From Anaeramoeba ignava BMAN (lineage: Eukaryota; Protista; Anaeramoebae): a stretch of 64,000 nt of DNA. The number at the start of each line of letters is the position of its first letter. The stretch's first letter is position 1. The notes under the pieces are model-generated. The model saw only the letters and a list, made by a program, of their open reading frames with translations. It had not been told where the DNA came from and searched no databases. The stretch spans positions 186,001 through 250,000 of the forward strand of contig JAPDFW010000085.1 of the NCBI GenBank assembly GCA_028826165.1, written 5' to 3'. This document shows positions 10,612 through 23,518 of this stretch, piece after piece. The translations under genes and the position numbers were made by a program.

Positions 10612-13600
10612 TTACTCAATAGTTCTTGGAAAAAAAAGTCCAAAAATAGAAACGATAAAAATAATAATCATTGGAAATTTAATTTGTTTCCACATTCTGT
10701 TTTTACCTGTAATCCAAAGTAAAATCAATACAAAATATCCAGAAGTAACACCATCAATTATACTATCTAATTCTGGAATTGCAATAATACAAACTACTGC
10801 AGGAATTGTTTCAATTAAATCTTGAAATTTAAGATCTTTTTTAAAAAAAATTTAATTTGATTTTAAAATTTAATTTGATTTTAAAATTTAATTAATTGAT
10901 TTGATTTTAAAATTGATATCGATGTTCACGATAAACGAATGAAAGTAAAATTCTTCTACCTCAATTAAGAATATCATTTCCTAAAGCTGACTTCCTTACT
11001 TCTGTCTCTGGATGGTGTACTAATAAAGTTATGTGTGATTGGTTTGAAAGTATATTTCTTCCTTTTCATTTGGGTTCATTATCTCAAATTTCTCCAAATT
11101 AATTGTTGGTTGATTTATTGATTGTGGATATAACAAAAAATTTCAGGAATATTTGTTTATAAATCATTTTCATCTGATTCATGTTCCTCGACAAATGACA
11201 AGAGTTCTTCAACCTTTAGATAAAACTGTATTCGATATTTTTTAAAAAAAATTATGTCAAATTAATTTTGGAGAATAACTCATCCGAAACAAAAGTAAAA
11301 TGAGATATTTCCATTCAGAATGCTATTTAAGCATGAAATCAAGTGGAGAATATTTGTAAAATATTTTGGAAAACAGAAGTTATTTTGAAGCTTTGGAATT
11401 GTCAGGAAAAAGAAATGGAGATTAAATTCGAAAACATAAATAATCAAAAAAAAAAATAGTTAAACTACTCCTTTAATGAGATTTGAATCAAAAATTATCT
11501 TTTTAGATGATGTTTTCTCTTGAAGAAATCGAATAATGTTGACAAAAGATGGTCAGAATTCGTTGAAGAATTCGGATATTGAAAATTTTATTTCTTGTTT
11601 ATTTAATTTGGAAAAGAAAGAAAATATTCTTATTCTTCCAAAACCAAAATATTATTGCGCAGCTGAATGGAATAGATATTTAAAACAAAAACCGAAAGAA
11701 AAAGAAAAGGAAGAAAGAAATAAATAAATTAATTGGAATTCTTATTCTTCAATTTGGCATATTCTGTGATTTTCGAGGTGGTGATTATATGAAACTAAAG
11801 ATTAAAAACATTAAGTTAAAACAAGATAATAAAGAAGAATATTATGAGATACACCTTTTCTCAGAGAAAAAACAATCAAAGAGGGTTGAAAGGAAAATAA
11901 TCAAAAGAGGAAGAGAGAGAAAGAGAAAGAGAAACCTCCAATTTTACCTCAAAAAATTTTTCAACTTTGACTTATTGTGAACATCGATAGTATTTGATTT
12001 TAATTTTTAAAATTTATATTTAATTTAAAATTTACATTCAACTAATTGTAGAAGTATTACTCCTGTATAAACAAGAAGTCCACCAATCGATTCTCTTGGA
12101 ATAATGGAAATTATTGGATAGAAGAATATTGCAAATAAGAAAGAAAGGCCTGCAACAACAGAAGAAAGTCCAGTCCTAATATTATTTTGAATAATATTTT
12201 TAATAATATTTTTAATAATATTTTTAATAATATTTTTAATAATATTTTGGATAATATTTTGAATAATATTTTGAATAATATTTTTAATATTATTTTGAAT
12301 AATATTTTGAATAATATTTTGAATAATATTTTTAATAATATTTTTAATAATATATTTAATAATATTTTGAATAATATTTTTAATAATATTTTTAATAATA
12401 TTTTGAATAATATTTTTAATAATATTTTGAATAATATTTTTAATATTATTTTGAATAATATTTTGAATAATATTTTGAATATTATTTTGAATAATATTTT
12501 TAATAATATTTTTGAATAATATTTTGAATAATATTTTGAATATTATTTTGAATAATATTTTTAATAATATTTTTAATAATATTTTGAATAATATTTTTAA
12601 TAATATTTTGAATAATATTTTTAATAATATTTTTAATAATATTTTGAATAATATTTTTTAATATTAATATTTTTGAATAATATTTTTGAATAATATTTTT
12701 AATAATATTTTTAATATTGTTTTTAATAATATTTTGAATAATATTTTGAATATTATTTCTAATAATATTTTGAATAATATTTTTGAATAATATTTTGAAT
12801 AATATTTTGGATAATATTTTTAATAATATTTTGAATAATATTTTTAATAATATTTTTAATAATATTTTTAATATTATTTTTAATATTATTTTTAATAATA
12901 TTTTTTAATAATATTTTAATAATATTTTGAATAATATTTTTAATAATATTTTTAATAATATTTTTAATAATATTTTGAATAATATTTTTAATAATATTTT
13001 TAATAATAATATTTTGAATAATATTTTGAATATTATTTTTTGAATAATATTTTGAATAATATTTTTGAATAATATTTTGAATAATATTTTGAATATTATT
13101 TTGAATAATATTTTGAATAATATTTTGAATAATATTTTTTGAATAATATTTTTGAATAATATTTTTAATAATATTTTGAATAATATTTTTAATAATGTTT
13201 TTAATAATATTTTTGATAATATTTTGAATAATATTTTGAATAATGTTTTTGATAATATTTTTGAATAATATTTTGAATAATGTTTTTAATAATATTTTTA
13301 ATAATATTTTTAATAATATTTTGAATAATATTTTGAATAATATTTTGAATAATATTTTGAATAATATTTTTAATAATATTTTGAATAATATTTTGAATAT
13401 TATTTTGAATAATATTTTGAATAATATTTTGAATATTATTTTTAATATTATTTTTAATAATATTTTGAATATTATTTTGAATATTATTTTGAATATTATT
13501 TTATTTTGAATAATATTTTTGAATAATATTTTTAATAATATTTTTAATAATATTTTTAATATTATTTTGAATATTATTTTGAATAATATTTTTAATAATA

Positions 13601-16134
13601 TTTTTAATAATATTTTGAATATTATTTCTAATAATATTTTGAATAATATTTTGAATAATATTTTTAATAATATTTTGAATATTATTTTGAATATTATTTT
13701 TAATAATATTTTTAATAATATTTTTAATAATATTTTGAATAATATTTTGAATATTATTTTGAATATCACTTTGCACCAAGAACAGAAGCAACACATGATT
13801 CAATAAAAATACAAGTTGGAGAAGTTCCCAAAAAACTTGCAACCATAATAAAAACACTATTAATAATTAGAATACGCATGAACTTATTATTTCGAGAACC
13901 AAAAACAAAGCCAACAAAACTATCGTTATCATAATGAATTTTGCTCAAAAAAGTGATTTGAATAAGAGTTAAAACTGAGCAAATAACATCAAAAAAAGTA
14001 TCAATAACATATATAATAATATAATAAATAGGAAGTGCATTTCTATATTTGAAATTCAATTTAAAAGCAGTTTTTGATAAAGTTGGAGCATTCCATTTAT
14101 TCCAACTAATATTATGCAAACCTAATCCAATTGATAAACTAATTATAATTGACAAGATGATTGCTATAACAAAAAAATATTTATATCCTCTTATAATTGC
14201 AAATACAATTACTCCAAGTGTTAAATAACCAATTAAGGCATTATAATTGGGTGTGAATGTTAAATTTGATGGCATTGATAATAAATCTCTTAATCCAATT
14301 TTTGCAATAAATAATGCAATCTTTAAAATTTTCAAAATAAAATTTTTAAAATCAAATTTTATAATTAAATTTTAATTGAAAAAAAAATTTACTCCAATTG
14401 ATATTCCAATTCTAAATGATGTTGTAATCGAATAAATTAGGGTTGAATTAGAAATGAAAAACTATTTCCAAAAAAAAATAACACAAAATCAATTAAGAAT
14501 TAAATTCAAAATTATTCATAAAAAAATATCTAAAAATATTCTTTCTTTCTTTCTTTCTTTCTTTCTTTTTTTTGATAAAAGAAAATTACAGATAAAATCA
14601 AAGAAATTAATCCATGAAGAAATATAAAACTTAATCCTGTTTGCCATGAATAACCAAGTAAATTACAAATTGTATTAATAAAGAATAAATTTTCTCCCAT
14701 TCCTGTAGAAATTAATAAAGGTAAACCTGAAACTAAACCAACAGTTATTGTTGCTAAACCAGAAACTAAAGTAATACATTTTTAAATTTTGATTTTGATT
14801 TTTATTTTGAATTTGAATTTTGATTTTAACTTTGAATTTGAATTTGAATTTGATTTTGATTTTGATTTTTAATTTTGATTTTGAATTTGAATTTAATTTT
14901 GATTTTGAATTTGAATTTAATTTTTTATTTTGATTTTTATTTTGAATTTGATTTTAATTTTAATTTTGATTTTGATTTTAATTTTGATTTTAATTTTGAA
15001 TTTTAATTTTAATTTTAATTTTTGATTTTGATTTTGAATTTAATTTTAATTTTAATTTTGATTTTAATTTTAATTTGAATTTAATTTTTAATTTTGATTT
15101 TGAATTTGATTTTGAATTTGATTTTGATTTTAATTTTGATTTTGAATTTAATTTTGATTTTAATTTTAATTTTAATTTTTGATTTTGAATTTGAATTTGA
15201 ATTTGAATTTAAATTATGATTTTGAATTTTAATTTTAATTTTGATTTTCAATTTGAATTTGAATTTGATTTTGATTTTGATTTTGATTTTGATTTTTGAT
15301 TTTGATTTTGATTTTGAATTTAATTTTGATTTTGAATTTGATTTTGATTTTTAATTTTGATTTTGATTTTTAATTTTGATTTTGATTTAGATTTTGATTT
15401 TGAATTTAATTTTGATTTTTATTTTGATTTTAATTTTAAATTTGATTTTGATTTTGATTTTGATTTTGAATTTGATTTTGATTTTGATTTAAATTTTGAA
15501 TTTAATTTTGAATTTGATTTTGAATTTTATTTAGATTTTAATTTTGATTTTGAATTTGATTTTAATTTTGATTTTCAATTTGAATTTAATTTTGATTTTG
15601 ATTTTGATTTTGATTTTGATTTTGATTTTGATTTTGATTTTGAATTTGAATTTAATTTTTTTTACCAAGTGCTGTTGCAACAAATACACTTTCTTTATCC
15701 ATTCCAGTTTCACTTAAATATTCAGGTTGTTTTTGCAAAATATCTTTTTAAAAAATAAATAAGCAAATAAATTTATATTTATAATTTTTTAAATCAAAAT
15801 AAATACAAATTGTAGATAAAAACATAGTAAATCCACCAACAATTTCAGTTTTGAAATCAGTTCCTCTTTGAGAAATTGAAAAAAATTTATCCAAAAACTT
15901 AAGATATTTATGATCATAAGGTGAAACAAAAATTGGTTTTGAATGAAAACGAGGTTTATATTCTGATGAATAATTTGATTTTTTTGAATCATATTTTTTA
16001 TTTTGATTTTTTTTGTTTGAAATTTCGTTGTTATGAAGTAAATGTAATGTTAAATCTTGATCTGTATCTACACTTAAATTTTCTTCAAATTCAGAATTTT
16101 CAATTTTTGTTGAAAAATTTTCTGATTCACTCAT
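10612..16134 (-). CDS. AzgA-like (NCS2/xanthine-uracil permease superfamily) purine permease, 7 exons
   Basis: Spliced: FFSISQRGTDFKTEIVGGFTMFLST, GMDKESVFVATAL, STGMGENLFF, FIESCVASVLGAK|TGLSSVVAG, QDLIETIPA...SIIDG; stop at 10614-10612. Confidence 0.88.
10917..11989 (+). mobile_element. Decayed, internally deleted pogo/Tigger-like (Tc1-mariner superfamily) DNA transposon in the last AzgA intron, antisense to the host gene
   Basis: 16-bp TIRs TCGATGTTCACGATAA (10919-10934) and TTATTGTGAACATCGA (11972-11987, one mismatch), each flanked by TA. Internal broken frame SVSGWCTNKVMCDWFESIFLP...HLIHVPRQMTRVLQPLDKTVF is typical of DDE_1 transposases. Confidence 0.85.
12176..13769. repeat. Intronic 12-bp satellite AATAATATTTT(G/T)
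   Basis: Fills an AzgA intron; source of the spurious NNIL/KILF ORFs. Confidence 0.92.
14766..15665. repeat. Intronic hexamer (GATTTT/GAATTT)n
   Basis: Fills an AzgA intron; reads AAAATC on the sense strand. Confidence 0.92.
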
Positions 16135-16435
16135 TTAAATTGAAATTAAAAAAATTAAAACAAATTTAAACAAATTAAAAATTAAAATTGAATTGAAAAA
16201 AATGAAAAATGAAAAAATGGAAAAAAAAAATTTTTTTATTTTGAGGTTTTGAAGAAATTTCCAAAAGAAAAAAAATTAATAATAATTTTTAACTTTTCAA
16301 ATGGCAAATTGAATTAAATTTTTAATCAAGAAAAGATAAGAAAGAAAAATTTAAATTTCTTTTTCTTTTTCTTGATTTTAATTTATTAACAAAAAAAAAA
16401 CAAAACAAAAAAACAAAACAAAAAAATAAATTTGG

Positions 16436-19400
16436 TTAAATTTCATCCGATATTACATTACTTTTTGCATGAAAAAAAGCAGTTGGAGGAAAATCAAGAG
16501 AAAATTTTTGAATTTTTTGAACAATATTTGGAGTGATTGTTTCAATTGAGATGAAAATAAGGCAACTTGAACGAGAAACAGAAAGAATAAATTGTGAAAT
16601 ATTTTTCAAATTATCATCATTATTTAAATCATTATTTAAATCGTTATCTAAAATATTATCAAAATCTAAATCATTATCTAAAATATTTAAATCATTTTCT
16701 AAAATATTTAAATCATTTTCCAAATTATTTAAATCATTTTCTTCTTCAAGAACATAAACTTCTACAATTGCTTCTATTCGTAAAAATTTTACAACTGTTT
16801 TGAGTTTTTCTTTTAAATCTTCGGCTTGTTTAGAATCCGAAGCTATTGACAAAACTCTTAAATTTGTATTTTTTTTCCAAATATCTGTTTCATGTATTAA
16901 AAATCCAAATAATAAAATAAAAGTTGTTGTTTTGGAAACAGCGATAGAAACCTCTTCTTCTTTGCTATTATAAGCACGCAAAACTGCATCTAGTGATTGA
17001 TCTTGATTGTTTACAAAAGGAAAATTAATAATCCATATATCAATTGTCTGTTTTTTCTTTGAATTTTCAGCGAAATCAACTACAAATTGTTTATCAAGAA
17101 GATGGAAATTAGTTGTAAATATGCAATTCATTCCAAGAATTTTTGTATCTGACAGAATTTTATAATAAATATTAGGATCATAATCAAATCCTTGAGTTTC
17201 ATTCCATTTACTCAAAGAAATGAGGATGTTATAAAGTTGGTTTATTTCTAAAGAAGTGGGTTTTTTGTGAAGGAAAAGATTTCTTTGAATAGATTTTAAA
17301 GTTTCATTTCGAAAATCTTGTGATTTTTCTTTTGATTCTTTTGATTCTTTTTTTGATTTTGATTTATTTTTTGATTTTGCTTTTGATTTTTCTTTTGATT
17401 TTGATTTTTCTTTTGATTTTTCTTGAGGAAGAGAAACATCAAAAACAAGTGTATTTGGTCTCATTTCACTTAATCCAGAAACCGAAATTAAATTTTGAAC
17501 ACCATGATAAAAGGAATCTGATAAAATAACTTGAGGAAATGCCTTGATTTTTGTAAAACTTATCATATCATATAAAGCAGATTTTTGAATACGAAAATGT
17601 TGGATTGCTTGATAATTGTTGAATTTATTATTTGAGACATGACCAACTATATAAAGCCCTCCTTTTTTTAGGTTGTTGACAAACATAACCAAAGGAATTG
17701 AACCTTGAGGTTTATCAAGAATTAATAAAACTTGTGGTCTCCAATATCGGATGTGTTCTTTTCGAGAATCCATTTTTAGCATATATTTCCTGACTTGATG
17801 AAAAATTAATGATTGTGTAATGTATCCCCATGGTGATGGTGGACCTTTATAATGGATATATATAATTAATATTATCATAAAAGAGGTTGTTATTGCAGCT
17901 CTAAATTAAAAAAATAAAATTAAATTGAATAAAATAAAAAATTGAATTGAATATTGAATTGAATATTGAATTGAATATTGAATTAAATATTGAATTGAAT
18001 ATTGAATTGAATATTGAATTGAATTGAATTGAATATTGAATTGAATTGAATATTGAATATTGAAATTGAATTGAATTGAATTGAATATTGAATTGAATAT
18101 TGAATATTGAATTGAATATTGAATTGATTGAATTGAATATTGAATATTGAATTGAATATTGAATTGAATATTGAATTGAATTGAATATTGAATTGAATTG
18201 AATATTGAATTGAATTGAATTGAATTGAATGAACAAATATGAATAATGGAATTGAATAATGATTGAATATTGAATAAAATATTGAAATGAATTGAATATG
18301 AATTGAATATTGAATTGAATTGGAATATTGAATATTGAATCGAATGAATTGAATATTGAATAATGGAATTGATTGAATATTGTAATGGAATATTGAATAT
18401 TGAATTGAATTGAATATTGAATTGAATATTGAATTGAATTGAATATTGAATTGAAATTGAAATTGAATTGAATAATGGAATCGAAATATTGAATCGAATC
18501 GAATTGAATTGAATGGAATTGAATTAAATGAATGAATATTGAATATTGAATATTGAATATGAATTAAATACGAAATTGAAATTGAATTGAATATTGAATT
18601 CGAATGGTGAAATCGAATATTGTGAATATTTGAATCGAATGGAATCGAATATTGGAATCGAAATTGAATATTGAATATTGGAATTAAATATTGAATCGAA
18701 TATTGAATATTAAATATTAATGGAATGAATTGAATATTGAATTGAATGAATATTGAATATTGAAAATTGAATATTGAAATGGAATACGTGAATACGAATA
18801 TTGAATCGAATATTGAATTGAATATGGAATATTGAATTAATATTGAATATTGAAATGAATATAAATATTGAATCGAAATTGAATATTGGTGAATATTGAA
18901 TTGAATTGAATATTGGGAATTGAATCGAAATGAATTGAAATTGGAATGGAATATTGAATTGATTGAATCAAATATCGAATATTGAATATGAATTGAATAT
19001 TGAATTGAATTGAATATTGAATTGAATTGAATATTGAATTGGAATGGAATCGAATTGAATCGAATCGAATGAAATTGAATATTGGAATTGAATATTAAAT
19101 TGAATTGAATTGAATTGAATATTGAATTGAATATTGAATTGAATATTGAATTGAATTGAATTGAATTGAATTGAATATTGAATATTGAATATTGAATTGA
19201 ATATTGAATATTGAATTGAATTGAATTGAATTAAATATTGAATATTGAATTGAATATTGAATTGAATTAAATTGAATATTGAATTGAATATTAATTTGAA
19301 TTGAATTGAATTGAATTGAATATTGAATTGAATATTGAATTGAATATTGAATTAAATATTGAATTGAATTGAATAAATACGTCTGGTATTTGAGAAAGAA

Positions 19401-22387
19401 TATACAAGCAAAACTCAACAAAAAACCCATAAAAGCAGTCCAAGTTGAAAAATTGCGAGACATTGGTCGAAAATTTGGAGAAGATGAAATTTGTAAACAA
19501 AAACAAGCAAAATTAATACTTGCAAATGTAGCAAGAAAAAATTGAGATGTATAAGGAGCAATAGTATTAATATGGCGTAAAATAACAAAAACTTGAGCTA
19601 AAAAATAACTTCCAATAATAGCTTTTCTTGGTTCTTTATCGTTTCGAGGTTGAGCTTCTCGAAACATAAAAAAGATTGGAATTATATTATCATTTGCAAT
19701 TGAACGAAGAATTCTTGATGCTCCAATTAAGCTTACAATTCCAGCAGAAAATGTTACAGATAAAATACCAATAGTAACAATTATACTATATGGACACATT
19801 TCACTCATAATTAAAAATGATGTTTGCAATGCATGACGTTTTGTTGTAAATGCAATTGATGTAAATACAGTAAAATATACTGTTGCTGATGTAATTAATA
19901 CTGCTCGTGTTCCTCTTGGTATAGTTTTACTTGCATTTTTCATATCTCCACTCATATTAGAGCCAGTATTAACTCCTAATTTTTATTTTAAATTTAAATT
20001 TAGATTTGATTTTGATTTTGATTTTGATTTTAATTTTGATTTTGATTTTGATTTTGATTTTGATTTTGAATTTAATTTTGATTTTGATTTTGATTTTAAT
20101 TTTGATTTTGATTTTGAATTTGATTTTAATTTTAATTTTGATTTTGATTTTGATTTTGATTTTAATTTTAATTTTAATTTTAATTTTGATTTTGATTTTG
20201 TTTTTGTTTTTGATTTTTATTTTGATTTTAAATTTGATTTTAAATTTGATTTTAAATTTGATTTTGATTTTGATTTTGATTTTGATTTTGAATTTAATTT
20301 TGATTTTGATTTTGATTTTAATTTTAATTTTTAATTTTGATTTTAATTTTGATTTTGAATTTAATTTTGAATTTGATTTTGATTGGAAAAATTCTTAAAA
20401 TTACCTGTTAAAGCAGGAAGAAAAATTGAAAAAACAGTTCTAAAATTAACTACTGTAAGTGATTTTGAAGGATCTTCACCATAATCAGGTTTTAAATTAG
20501 ATTTGAAAGTAGAGAATTTCCAACCAGTATAATCTTTTGTAGATCCAGGATCTCTCAAAATTAAACTAAAAATGAAGAACGTAATTGAAATAAGAACAGG
20601 AAATAATAAAATAATTGAAGTTCGAGAAGAAATGCGAAGACCAATTAATACAATAAGAAGTTGTAATAAAATCAAAGATGTTGAAATTATAACATCAATA
20701 TGTGCTTTTGTATTTGTAACATCATGATTAAATAACTGAAGAATTACATCTTTAAAACCAAGAGCACACATTGCCCAATGGCTAATATTTGCTACAAAGA
20801 GCATAACTCCAACAGCTCCACCAAATTCAGGTCCAAGTGAACGAGATACAAGATCTAATATTAAGAATAAGTTTTTTTAGATTTTAAAATTATTATTAAA
20901 ATTATTAATAAATTTATTATTAAAATTATTATTAAAATTATTATTAAATTTATTATTAAAATTATTTTTAAATTGATTATTAAAATTATTATTAAATTTA
21001 TTATTAAATTTATTATTAAAATTATTATTAAATTTATTATTAAATTTATTATTAAATTTATTATTAAAATTATTATTAAAATTTATTATTAAAATTATTA
21101 TTAAATTTATTTATAAATTTATTATTAAAATTATTATTAAATTTATTATTAAATTTATTATTAAAATTATTATTTAATTTATTATTAAATTTATTATTAA
21201 AATTATTATTAAATTTATTATTAAATTTATTATTAAATTTATTATTAAAATTATTATTAAATTTATTATTAAATTTATTATTAAATTTATTATTAAATTT
21301 ATTATTAAATTTATTATTAAATTTATTATTAAATTTATTATTAAATTTATTATTAAATTTATTATTAAAATTATTATTAAAATTATTATTAAATTGATTT
21401 TAAATTGATTATTAAATTTATTATTAAATTTATTATTAAATTTATTATTAAATTTATTATTTAATTTATTATTAAATTAATTATTAAATTTATTATTAAA
21501 TTTATTATTAAATTTATTATTAAATTTATTATTAAATTATTATTAAAAATTTATTATTAAAATTATTATTAAAATTATTATTAAATTTATTATTAAAATT
21601 ATTATTAAAATTATTATTAAATTTGATTATTAAAATTATTATTATATTTATTATTAAATTTATTATTAAATTTATTTTATAAATTTATTATTAAATTTAT
21701 TATTAAAATTATTATTAAATTTGTTATTAAATTTATTATTAAATTTATTATTAAAATTATTATTAAATATTTATTATTAAATTTATTATTTAAAATTATT
21801 ATTAAAATTATTATTAAATTTATTATTAAATTTATTATTAAAATTATTATTAAATTTATTATTAAATTTATTATTAAAATTATTATTAAATTTATTATTA
21901 AATTTATTATTAAAATTATTATTAAATTATTATTAAAATTATTATTAAATTTATTATTAAAATTATTATTAAATTTATTATTAAATTTATTATTAAATTT
22001 ATTATTAAATTTATTATTAAATTTATTATTAAATTTATTATTAAATTTATTATTAAATTTATTATTAAATTTATTATTAAAATTACAATAAGCTCCACCA
22101 CCACGAATTTTTCCATTTGTAACAATAGCACCAATAGAAAGACTTGTGAAAACAACAATAGCGTAAGCAAGTGCAGACATTAAAAGAGCTTCTATATAAC
22201 CAGCTTCACCCAAAACCCAACCAAATCGAAGAAAAAAAACCAATCCAAAAACATTTTCAAGACCAGGTGCATAAACTCCTCCAAAAGTAGTTAATTGATG
22301 TCTTGAAATTATTTTTTTTTTTCGTGAATTAAGCAATGGATTATTTTCATCTTGATCACTATCAGTTTCAAAAGAAAGTTTTTCCAT
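16436..22387 (-). CDS. SLC12A9: SLC12A9-like cation-chloride cotransporter; introns 20855-22086, 19976-20404, 17901-19380
   Basis: LTTFGGV...FLRFGWVLGEAG, GGGAY|YLVSRSLGPEFGGAVG, NMSGDMKNASKTIPRGT, PNFRP, WGYITQSLIFHQVRKYML...WRPQVLL...NNLKKGGLYIVGHV. Confidence 0.92.
17901..19380. repeat. Intronic satellite of GAATT/GAATATT units, degenerate in its centre
   Basis: Fills SLC12A9 intron 3. Confidence 0.9.
19976..20404. repeat. Intronic (GATTTT)n hexamer
   Basis: Fills SLC12A9 intron 2. Confidence 0.9.
20855..22086. repeat. Intronic 12-bp satellite AAATTTATTATT
   Basis: Fills SLC12A9 intron 1. Confidence 0.92.
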
Positions 22388-22464
22388 TTAATTATTAAAT
22401 TTAAAACAAAAAGAAAAAAGAAAAAAGAAAAAATGAAAAATGAAAAAATGAAAAAATGAAAAAA

Positions 22465-23350
22465 TGAATTTCAAAAATAATCTATTTTAAATTAATTGCA
22501 AAAATAATCTATTTTAAATTAATTAATTTCAAAAATATTTTAAATTAATTTCAAAAATAATCTATTTTAAATTAATTAATTTCAAAAATAATCTATTTAA
22601 ATTAATTAATTTCAAAAATAATCTAAATTAATTGCAGAAATAATCTATTTTAGATAAATTAATTTCAAAAATAATCTATTCTAAATTAATTAATTTCAAA
22701 AATAATCTATTTTAGATTAATTTCAAAAATAATCTATTTTAAATTAATTAATTTCAAAAATAATCTATTTTAAATTAATTAATTTCAAAAATAATCTATT
22801 TAAATTAATTAATTTCAAAAATAATCTAAATTAATTGCAAAAATAATCTATTTTAGATAAATTAATTTCAAAAATAATCTATTCTAAATTAATTAATTTC
22901 AAAAATAATCTATTTTAAATTAATTTCAAAATATTTTAAATTAATTTCAAAAATAATCTATTTTAAATTAATTAATTTCAAAATAATCTATTTTAAATTA
23001 ATTCCAAAAATAATCTATTTAAATTAATTAATTTCAAAAATAAAAATTCAAATTAATTTCAAAAATAATCTATTTTAAATTAATTAATTTCAAAAATAAA
23101 TTAATTTCAAAAATAATCTATTCTAAATTAATTTCAAAAATAATCTATTTTAAATTAATTAATTTCAAAAATAATCTATTTTAAATTAATTAATTTCAAA
23201 AATAATCTAAATTAATTTCAAAAATAATCTAAATTAATTGCAAAAATAATCTATTTTAAATTAATTAATTTCAAAAATAATCTAAATTAATTAATTTCAA
23301 AAATAAAATTAATTGCAAAAATAATCTATTTTAGATTAATTTCAAAAATT
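22465..23350. repeat. Intergenic minisatellite, about 28-32-bp unit AATTAATTTCAAAAATAATCTATTTTA, between divergent genes
   Basis: Repeated CAAAAATAATCTA core. Confidence 0.9.
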
Positions 23351-23518
23351 TTCTGATTCAGATTTTAAAATCCAAATAGAAAAATTTTAAATTTGAAATG
23401 GCAAAAAAAAAAAAGAAAAAAGAAAAAATTTTTTTGTTTCATTTTTCATTTTTCATTTTTCTTTTTTCAATTTTTTCCAAATCATTTTTTTTTCAATTTT
23501 CTTTTGAAACAAAATAAA

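Noticed and set aside
18230-19090. Degenerate, CG-sprinkled core of the SLC12A9 intron satellite as a hidden element
   Set aside because: It is still the same GAATT/GAATATT repeat with scattered noise, probably unpolished consensus; no ORF or termini.
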